64,000 bases of DNA from Epithemia pelagica (Eukaryota; Protista; Bacillariophyta): assembly GCA_946965045.2 (NCBI GenBank), contig OX337234.1, forward strand, positions 2,232,001-2,296,000, read 5' to 3'. This document shows positions 1 through 8,710 of this stretch, one piece after another. Position 1 is the first letter of the stretch. Every line of letters starts with the position of its first letter. A program made the position numbers and the translations under genes. The notes beneath the pieces were generated by a model, which was not told the DNA's origin, searched no databases, and saw only the letters and a list, made by a program, of their open reading frames with translations.

Positions 1-714
1 ATTGTGGTATGCTTGATTCCACAGGAACACCAGTTATACAAGACTTTAAATGTGGCGTCTCGGTTATACACATCATCCAAAAGTTTCTCTAAAGGAGGAA
101 ATTGTCGACAAAAGACTGGTGACAATGGTGTTATGAGCGCTTATGGACAAATGTTACATCGTTTTAAGAGATGCATCAACAGCATTTCCTTCCATGACAG
201 CGATGGTCTTTTGATTGAGAGAGTTCGAGAAACGTGTCATTTGGCAGCGGAATTCATATCAAATAATTTTCCTGGAACACTTTCCTTGTTGAAAAGTTTA
301 CGGACCATTGGAGGGCTCCAAATCCCAGACGACTTGGGTGGTGACGCCAACGGTTGCAGCAGTAACATTGCCATCAGTGTCGATCTTATGAACTCTTCAC
401 ACATTGACATCAACGATGCTAGTGTTGGAGTTGTTCTATTTTCAGAGACAGAGCTTGGATCTGCACGCAATTGGTACTTTGTCATGCCCAATGTTTTGAT
501 AAAAATTGACTCGACAACTTACTCAGGTTTGGTAATTCGACTCTCCCACGGAGTTTCTATACTATTTGATGGACGTGTTATCCGTCATTGCACAAGTGTT
601 CATAAATGTGTCCGTTCCGCAGAGTCCCTTACGAGTGCCAAACGGGGACCCCACACTGTTGGCTGCTTTTTTGGGCTGTCCCTACCTGCCTTGACTCAAA
701 CCCCTGGAAGTTGA
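1..714 (+). CDS. TET/JBP-like Fe(II)-dependent dioxygenase (double-stranded beta-helix), 5' truncated
   Basis: Frame is open from the window start. Motifs: GVMSAYG (G-x-M-x3-G), N-S-S-H-I-D (HxD, 400-408), WYFVMPNV, LSHGVSILFDGRVIRHCTS (distal His at 586-588 followed by C-T-S). Spacing is typical of the TET/JBP clade. Confidence 0.72.
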   Translation: MVVCLIPQEHQLYKTLNVASRLYTSSKSFSKGGNCRQKTGDNGVMSAYGQMLHRFKRCINSISFHDSDGLLIERVRETCHLAAEFISNNFPGTLSLLKSLRTIGGLQIPDDLGGDANGCSSNIAISVDLMNSSHIDINDASVGVVLFSETELGSARNWYFVMPNVLIKIDSTTYSGLVIRLSHGVSILFDGRVIRHCTSVHKCVRSAESLTSAKRGPHTVGCFFGLSLPALTQTPGS

Positions 715-1341
715 TGGAAATTCCGATTCATACACCTGTTTTCACTACATTTGCAGCTTGCGTCACAAGCCTGATTTTTCTTCCTGCACCCACAGTTGTT
801 TGTCGTACATTGAGAACTGCTTGCTTTACAAGAACATCCAGTGCCATAACTCTTAGTAGTACGTAATTTCGTTTTCAACTGTCCTTCCTGACTATATGCG
901 ATTCGATGAGCGTCACGGATCGACAAAAAAGCCATTTTAGTGGGATCAAATGTTTTGTCAATAATCTGTTTCTGTAAATCTCGACGTGCTTTGCCCATTG
1001 GTGAAGAAGAATGAATAAGACTATACGTGTCCCGTGCGTACCATGTTGGTGTTCTTGTTCGTTTATCTCCTATAATCCCTTCAGGCAGTACCAATCTAAC
1101 AGATGGTTGCAAACTGTGAGAGACCGCAAAAACAAGGCAGTGTATTCCATGGCGGCTCTGGTTTGCACGATCTCGAGGGTCAGGAAACAGGGCTACAGCG
1201 TCTCCAACGGAAACTCGGAATCCAGCTTGCTGGTTCATCCTTATCATTTTGGTCGCTTGTCTTCGTTGTTCCGCCTGGCGAGTGGATATATTTTCATATC
1301 GAGTATATTGCCTTTCTGTCGTATCGTCTATCATAAGAAAA
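696..1341 (-). CDS. Transposase polyprotein C-terminal exon: KRBA2-like 'VGDxV' tail plus tesmin/TSO1-like CXC cysteine cluster
   Basis: QATKM...FRVSVGDAVALFPDPRDR resembles the post-integrase tail of KRBA2/Ginger2-type proteins. GCSCKASSSQCTTNNCGCRKKNQACDASCKCSENRCMN fits C-x-C-x5-C-x4-C-x-C-x6-C-x3-C-x-C-x4-C-x-N. Predicted intron 1342-1409 (GTAAGT...TTGTAG, 68 nt) joins it in frame to ORF 1406-1600. Confidence 0.7.
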
Positions 1342-1409
1342 CTACAATTACATCCACGTACATCTGAGTATTACTATAGAGCAAATGGAATGGAAGGAGA
1401 ACAACTTAC

Positions 1410-3378
1410 TTCTTGGATTGGTTTCTTTGCGAGCGACGTGTTGTTTCTTCAGTTTTTTCTGTGTCCATGAAACCAGATAGATAATTCAAATATTGCTCTT
1501 TCAACGACGTCTGACCGACCGATGTATATTCCTCATGGAACTTCTGCCGTAATGCAGAATTGAGATTTTCTTGAATATGTTTCCGACCGTGGATCGCCAA
1601 GTATCTTCGGAACGTGTTGATGGATGTAGATCTTTCCTTTTCGATGGATTTTTCAATACAGGCCTCATTAAATACATAATACTCAAAGAAGCAAGGACTC
1701 CACAGGAGTTCGAATCCTTTTGGATACCCATCATTCTTGTATCATATGCAATCGTCCAAAAGGCAGACGATGAGTGGCTGTCATCTGTCTGCAAGCAATG
1801 GACTGGACGCACATTACTGTCTGCTTGCTGTAGGAGTTCGTAATACCATAAAGTCGCCAGAGCACTCTTGTTCCACAGTGAATGATTGTTTCCCCCCGAC
1901 ATTCCATCATAGACATCAATTTTTTTCTTGTCGATATCGATGTGGATTACAACATAATGGCTTTTGCCGAAACCAAGAGAAATAACCTCTTTAACGTAGG
2001 GATCTTGATCTTTCAAATTATATGTCTTCATCTTCCATTTTCTCATTTCTGAAAGATCTGCTTTCGAATAGTTTGTTGTTGAATTATGGAACAGTATGGT
2101 CCTGTTGTGAAAGTAGTGCTCTACCAATGTGCCGAAGCTGTGTACCAACGAATGCGGTAGCCACTTTTGAGAACAATCTGAAAAGTAATGCTGGAGACAT
2201 TGACCCGATGGGACTTGAAGTACTTTGGTCGATTGACCACAAGAACAATCTTTGCAAGAAAGGTGACAAACAATGAATTTGTCTTTCCTATTTGCACCGA
2301 CGAAACTACCTGATGCAATAATTTGTTGGTACGCATTGGCCAGTGGAATTGTCTTCAGATGCCGTCGATCAGAAGGCTGTGGTGAAGGCATGATAACAAT
2401 CTCTTCTCCAGACACCACTTTGTTATGATCTTGAGACGACTTGCCCAACACTTCGGTCAATTTGTCCGACTTAGGAGGCGATGTGTTGGACTCACGAGGC
2501 AATTTGTCCGACTCTTGAGGCAATACGTTGGACACTTGGTGCAGTTTGTCCGACATCTGGGGCAATTTGTCGATCATTTTGGGTGTTTTGTCTGATTCTT
2601 GAAGCAATTTGTCAGAAACTTGGGGCGATTTGTCCGAACCAAGTGGTAACTTATCAGACATTCGGGCCGATTTGTCTGTTTCTTGAGGCCATTTGTCAGA
2701 CATTTGGGGCGATTTGTCTGTTTTTTGAGGCGATATGCCGGACACTTGGGGTGATATGTCGGACTTCTGAGGCAATACGTTGGACGCCTGGGTCGATTTG
2801 TCTGACGCTCTAGGCAATAAGTTGGACTCATGAGACAATCCGTGAGATTCTAAAGGCGATTCGTCGGACACTTGGGGCGATTTGTCTGTTTCTTGAGGCA
2901 ATATGTCGGACACTTGGGGCAATTTGTCTGTTTCTTGAGGCAATATGTCGGACACTTGGGACGATTTGTCTGTTTCTTGAGGCAATACGTCGGACACTTG
3001 GGGCGATATGTCAGACGCTTGTGGTAATTTGTCCAACACTTGAGACAAGACGTTGGATCCTTGGGGTGATTTGTGTGACCGTTGAGGTGATACATTGGAA
3101 TCGTGAGCCAATCGGTGAGACAAATGGGGCGATTTGTCAGACTTCTGAGGTAATATGTCGTGCTTATGAGGCAATTTGTCAGACAAATGGGGCAATTTGT
3201 CCGATTTCCGAGGGAATGCCTGCAACACTTGGGATGATTTGTCCGACTTGTAAAGTGGTTTGTCTTCATTGTCCTCATTATACGTGTCTTCATCATCACT
3301 ATCAGTTGATGAACTCATGACAGGCATGGAAGTGGCCACTTTTTGACGTGCCCTATCCCGGAGTTGGGAAATAAGCAA
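1410..3378 (-). CDS. Transposase polyprotein middle part: 7-aa repeat array plus Ulp1/C48 (SUMO-type) cysteine protease
   Basis: Catalytic motifs in order: GKSHYVVIHID (His, 1957-1959), IDVYDG (Asp), IQKDSNSCGVL (Gln/Cys, Cys at 1702-1704). A -1 frame switch between about 1670 and 1600 leads into INTFRRYLAIHGRK. Confidence 0.8.
2430..3255 (-). repeat. 21-bp (partly 42-bp dimeric) coding minisatellite encoding SDKLPQV/TDKSPQV/SDILPQE heptads
   Basis: Direct degenerate repeats, e.g. three consecutive 42-bp units gtcggacacttggggcgatttgtctgtttcttgaggcaatat at about 2863-2990. Confidence 0.95.
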
Positions 3379-5455
3379 TTTCCAAGTTTATGAGAGCTGG
3401 AGGCTCCAGAAGTGTCGGACTCAGCAGTATCTTCACCAGTCGATTCACATGGGAGACACGTTAGTTGGCCAGAAGACATGATATGTGGCCGAAATTTGTC
3501 TGGTATGTTGGACCAATCAGAATTTTGGAAGGTTTTGAAAACCTCATCTTCTGGTGTCATGTCGATATCAGTAGAGTTTTGTTGAATGAGGGAACGGACC
3601 CTTTCTGTTGCCAGGTCTCCCAGTTCCTCAATATCATTTACCGTTAATTCACCAACCTTGGCATAATGTTCCGCAATTTCAATCGAGCCAGTGTTGAGAC
3701 ACCGCTCAAGAGGTGTTTCCCAATCTCTTAATTCGGATGAAGAGTATCCTGTCGCTCCTTGAAAGTGATTGAAAAAGGGGACTCCAAATACAGTTTGATA
3801 AGCTGACATGGGCGTGGTACCAGTGCGACGAATTGACCCATTCAGAGCAGTCATTGCCCGTCCTAGTGCCATTGTCCAGTTGAAATTTCGGTTGCCCTTG
3901 GACCATTCCTCCGCAACATAAGACTGAACGATATTGCGGATGCTCTTGTTGGCGTTTTCGACAGAACCTTGATCCCGGGGCTTTCTCGGACGGCCTTGCA
4001 CGGTAGTAATATGCGGGTTATTGGCCATGAGCATTTTGATTATTTCTTTCCCACAAACTTCCATTCCATTATCTGTTTGGTAAATGGATGGAAAACCAAC
4101 GATGCCAAACATCAGAGATAAATGGTGAGAAATAATGGCTGTATGTTTCGAAGGGACCGCCGCCAACAATACAAATTGAGTGAAGTGATCTTTACAACTC
4201 AAGATGTATCTCATCTCTACTACATGGAGGTCCTTATCGCCTGCACCATTTGCATCGGACATTTTAACCAAGTCGACTTGATACCGATCTCTAAAAGCCA
4301 GAGAACGGATTGGTTTTATGGCACCTTTATGAGGAGCTGCCCGTTTTTTCCTCATGGAACAACGTGGACATCCCATGATGTACGCCTTCACCTGACGACT
4401 GGTGATGTTTGAATATGTTTCTTTCAAAGCATTATACGTTGTTTCCTCGCAAAGCCAATGTCCGACGCTGACATGGTGCTCGCGAATGACGTCGAAAATT
4501 TCATCCGCCGAAAGAATCCGTTGCCCATTGTCATCAAATAAAACATAGTGTGTCTGTCCATTACGACGTACTTTCCGAACTTGACGGTGACGAAATTTCT
4601 TGTTACGCCCATGGGGGTGGAGCAACCTAAAGCCGAGGCCAGTCTGTGGATCAGGTTGACCAGGTAGAGGTGCTTTTGCGTGAGAGTCCCCATCCTTCCA
4701 ATGCCGCAAGACATAGATTTCTTGTTCGAGTTGCTGGCGGGACAACACGCGCGAATTTTTTGCGAAATCACGGATAGGCTTGGTGTAATCTCCCGAAGAA
4801 GTGTCAATGGTAAAAGAAGTGCCAAAGACATGCTCATTGAACAGCATGCGATGTTCGTTCACAAGACTTGAGTCGTTGTCCTCAGGAAAATTAGATGGGA
4901 GAATCGTCACCGACTTTTGCATGGAGGAAGACGAATTTCCTTTCTTGTTGCATGAGGCCGTCGGTTTCTTGGTGGAAGATTTAGAACCAACGGACCTTTT
5001 AGCTTTCCGTGAGTCTTTTTTCTCCTTGTAGCCAACCTCCTCCGATGAGGAAGAAGAGTTATCGGCACTGTCGCTTGTAGAATCTTCCGATGACGACCCA
5101 GAATAAGTAATTCTGGAAGCGGATCGAGCGGTACGACGCCGGTCCTTTTTGGGTTCACGAACAGAAACATTTGAAACAGACGATGCCCGTCGTTTTGAAT
5201 TCGTCTTGTTTCTTTGTCTAGGGGCAGACGACAGAGAAGTGGAACTGGTACTATCGTCATCGTTGTCATGTCTTGCTTTCGACGTACGAGCTTTTTTGTT
5301 CGATTCGGACGGTGTTTTTTCCTCTTTTTCCCCCGCCCATAATCAACAGATTGCTCTTGTTGTTCTCGCAACTGTTTCAGAAACGGCTGCAACAGAGCAA
5401 GGTCTGTAGGGTCTATTTCAACCAGTTCCGTCTGTTTCCTTTTTTTCCTTGGCAT
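3315..5455 (-). CDS. Transposase polyprotein N-terminal part: basic/Ser-rich leader plus HHCC zinc finger and DDE integrase core (Ginger2/KRBA2/SCAND3-like)
   Basis: EHHVSVGH...GCPRC; RYQVDL (D at 4272-4274); IYQTDNG (D at 4071-4073); QGRPRKPRDQGSVENANK (E at 3957-3959). The integrase frame stays open upstream to about 5342. ATG 5455 (MPRKKRKQ, NLS-like) is in the adjacent frame, so a -1 switch near 5330 is needed. Confidence 0.88.
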
Positions 5456-5458
5456 GAG

Positions 5459-5668
5459 GAACGTAATTCTGCGGCAGAGCTACCACACTGTCGTCTCCCA
5501 CCAACAGAATTACGTATCAACTTGAAAGGAAACGAATTCCACCAACAGGAAAGTAGAAACAGAACGTAATTCAATGGCAGAGCTACCACACTGTCGTATC
5601 CTACCAAAAGAATGACGTGTCAACTTCTTGAAAGGAAAGGAATTCCAACAACAGGATAGTAGAAACAG
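5459..5668. repeat. Imperfect tandem duplication, period about 103 bp, immediately upstream of the transposase ATG
   Basis: gaacgtaatt...gcagagctaccacactgtcgt...gaattcca.caacagga.agtagaaacag starts at both 5459 and 5562. Confidence 0.9.
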
Positions 5669-6301
5669 ACAAAGTTGACAGATGCAAACGGCATGATAAA
5701 TGAGAAATAGGACAGAAAAGGAGAAAAGGGAAGGAATATACTCATACCTTAGCAATCTCAGAAGATAGAGCAAGAAGAATGGGAAGTATAGGTACGGAGT
5801 GCTTTCAGCAAGGAAAAGAGAGAGAGTGTTGTTTTGGTTGTAACAGTAATCAGGAGAGGTGTGTGTTGGGAAAAATGAAGCCTGCCATGGTGTGACGGTG
5901 TGACAGCGCTGTCAATCACGATATGTAAACATATTATCCTCATATATAGTGGATATTGAAAGGACTACACAAGAAATGAGAGTCGTTGGCCATATTTCAT
6001 TCATTCATAGATGGATATGGTTACGTAGAGAAGTATGGGCATTAATTTAGAAACTGTACAGATAATCACTGTTGTAATCTGGGACCAATAAATTCATATC
6101 GGGGTGAAATAAGGAAATCTTTATCGGAAGAATGAAGATTCGTACAATGAAGAATCGGTTTATATGAGAATTCCCAGCTTGGTTTTACGTTTGAAATAAG
6201 TATTAAATGAAAATATAGACAAAAATATGGTCTTAATGAAGGCATGTCGGGCTTACACGTGTAATAGTCAATTTGTAGTATGCATTTTGACTCATGAAAA
6301 C

Positions 6302-6808
6302 TCATTTGTAATTTGTAGAAGACAAATGGGGCGTAAAATGGCCAATTTTGACAAGATGTGCGATGTGTCTGACACAAATCCGACATATTGACCTACGCCA
6401 TTCGACAAATCGACTAATGGGACATAATCGCAGAAGGGTCGCAAATATGCCTTTGGGGGACAAAAATGAGAGACGGGGGACGATTTCTGAACGATGGTGT
6501 CAAATTTTGCATGGAGAGTTTTCAATGGAAAAGTCATGAATTGGTGCGGTCCTACCATTGCCATTGTCGATATGACTATTAGTACGATGTATCTGCAGAA
6601 GGCCGTCATCAACGGCATCATGAAGAGGCGTATGAGGACGATACCTGAGACGGACACATAAATTTTTTTTTCGAAAACAAAACGATAGGAAATGATAACT
6701 CGTTAGGAAGTTCAACGCTAGGAACGAACGATGGGGTGTGAAATCGGACAAATTACAAATGAAAATGCGACTCGTCCATTTGTGGAATGCGCAATTTGTT
6801 GGGTAACA
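6302..6808. repeat. Subterminal motif array (GACAAAT/GACATAT/ACAAAT) with a 15-bp inverted repeat
   Basis: tcatttgtaatttgt (6302-6316) is the reverse complement of acaaattacaaatga (6748-6762). GACAAAT occurs at 6321, 6404 and 6747, and GACATAT at 6382. Confidence 0.75.
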
Positions 6809-6918
6809 TCTCTAAAAGAGTAAGAGAGGTGGTGCTTTCACTGACCACAAAGATCGTTGGATCACGAACATGACGTCATAGACATCATTTCATCGAAACC
6901 TCACGTTTTTTCCAGACG

Positions 6919-8112
6919 ATGGACGACCACGACGACGATGATGATGCCAACGAACAAGAAGGACGTATCGCACGTCATTTGTTTCGAACTGACTCGGATA
7001 GTAGCATCAGCAGCAACCGGAGCACTGAGAGAGACCGAGACGACATCACTCTGCTAAATGGTCGCGAACGCAACAATACAGAGCCCACCAAAGAGAAAGG
7101 AGGAGGAGAAGAGGAAGAACGATCTCGGCGAACGATTCGTGGAATTGTACTCGAAGAAGCCTCTGTAGGTGGATCGATTGCGGAAAAGTTGTGGCCGGCG
7201 GCTGAACAATTGGCCGATTACCTCTTGCATCTTGCTGCTCTTCAGCCAGAGCAACTACGACTACAACAGGAGCATCATCAACAACAACAAGAGAATGCGC
7301 GAGGGAAAAGACCCTTCTCTCAAGAGTCATGGAATATAAAGTTCAAATTGAGGAATCAATTGACGCGACCATGTGCTTTTTTGGAATTGGGAGCAGGTGT
7401 GGGTTTGACGGGCTTGTTACTGGCGGCGAACTTATCGACTTGTCGACGAGCACTCTTGACCGATGTGGCACAAGGATTAGTTCTACTGGAACGGAACCGA
7501 CAAGCCAACTTTCCACCAGAAGCGTGTAATGACCAAAACAACAACAACAACAACAACACCAGAAGCACAGATAATTGTGATGTCAATGGGTTGGCCCCGA
7601 CTGTAACAAACTTTGAGGATGCTGTAGGTGCAGTCGGTCAAAGGCTCCCACCGACGGTACAGTTACAAGAACTGCGTTGGGGAAATGCGTCACATTATGC
7701 TCAAGCTCTAGACTGGTACTATCAGCAACATTGCAAACGAAGCAACCAAACAACAACACCCAACCACCACGGTGTTATAAATGAGAACAAACAAGAAGAA
7801 GAGCCTTTGATTTTGGTTGGAAGTGATGTGGTTTATTGGGAAGAACTGCATGAACCCTTGGAGCATTGCTTGTTTCATCTATTGAAGGGGACACCTGTAG
7901 GGACCTTTTGTATATTGGCTGGAATGCGACGATGGAAACGCGACTCCAAATTCTTTCAAACATTGGGCAAACGAACTCAAACCACCACACATGAATTGTC
8001 ATGTACATGCCTGGATGAATTTGTGGAGCGACGTGACGACGATAGGAACAATGACAGTGCACCCCGCCGAAACATTTGTCGCATTTACGCCATTTCCATG
8101 ATCCGCAAGTAA
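6919..8112 (+). CDS. Class I SAM-dependent methyltransferase, family 16 (METTL21/EEF1A-KMT-like protein lysine methyltransferase)
   Basis: KLWPAAEQLADYL, FLELGAGVGLTG (motif I), LTDV, LRWG, GSDVVYWEELHEPL; contains poly-Q and poly-N inserts. Confidence 0.85.
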   Translation: MDDHDDDDDANEQEGRIARHLFRTDSDSSISSNRSTERDRDDITLLNGRERNNTEPTKEKGGGEEEERSRRTIRGIVLEEASVGGSIAEKLWPAAEQLADYLLHLAALQPEQLRLQQEHHQQQQENARGKRPFSQESWNIKFKLRNQLTRPCAFLELGAGVGLTGLLLAANLSTCRRALLTDVAQGLVLLERNRQANFPPEACNDQNNNNNNNTRSTDNCDVNGLAPTVTNFEDAVGAVGQRLPPTVQLQELRWGNASHYAQALDWYYQQHCKRSNQTTTPNHHGVINENKQEEEPLILVGSDVVYWEELHEPLEHCLFHLLKGTPVGTFCILAGMRRWKRDSKFFQTLGKRTQTTTHELSCTCLDEFVERRDDDRNNDSAPRRNICRIYAISMIRK

Positions 8113-8710
8113 TCAAACGAAGGGATCGCTTTCCTGAAAGGACAAAAAGTCGGCGATGGCAGTACATCATATCAATGGCTATTGTTTGGCGCATACTTTG
8201 ATCCATGATCTTGATTTTGTGTGGATGGCCGAGTCTTCACCATGTGAACTGATTTTCTTGTTAACACAAGTGAAGAACTTCAAAAAAGCGCCTCGAGAGG
8301 GAGCGTTGTTGGAGAAGTTGATAGATTTCGATTCCACGAGAAAAAATGTCTCACCGATGGACTCTACATCCCCCCAACAAAACTTCGATAGAGCATATAG
8401 TCTCGACGAATTACAATGGGTTGTATGATTAAATAATGGTTCCTCACCTCACTGGTTCCGAGTTGCGATGGCATCAATGATTCCTTCTTATACAACCAGC
8501 CAAGAATTAGGTATTCACCAAAAAGTGGCGTCGCCGATTCTGACAGTGACTGGTAGACTGACTTTCTGGCATCAAGGAAAACGCGAGGAATTGTCCACTT
8601 TAGTTCTGCAAGCCACGAAGCTGTGTCTCTGTAAATACAAGACAATGATCTATTAAGTGAAAGGTTTTAGCGAATGCACTACGCAAAATTCGTAAGGTAT
8701 CATCGAACAA

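Larger units (their letters stand above)
1..6808 (-). mobile_element. Ginger/KRBA2-like DDE-integrase DNA transposon (left end outside window) carrying a TET/JBP-like oxygenase
   Basis: Integrase with HHCC and D-D(37)E. No RT or RNase H is visible. It has a probable spliceosomal intron. The minus-strand 5' end reads TGTTACCCAACAAATTGCG from 6808, matching the TGT-type terminus of Ginger elements. Subterminal ACAAAT motif arrays are present, and the region looks more AT-rich than the host genes. Confidence 0.8.

Noticed and set aside
2430-3255. Regular 21/42-bp repeats as a CRISPR array
   Set aside because: The units are contiguous with no unique spacers, keep an open reading frame, and lie in a eukaryotic locus with no cas genes.
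3315-4922. Integrase as part of an LTR retrotransposon or Polinton
   Set aside because: No RT, RNase H, gag, LTR, pPolB, ATPase or capsid ORF is visible. The intron, TGT terminus and KRBA2-like tail fit a Ginger-type DNA transposon better.
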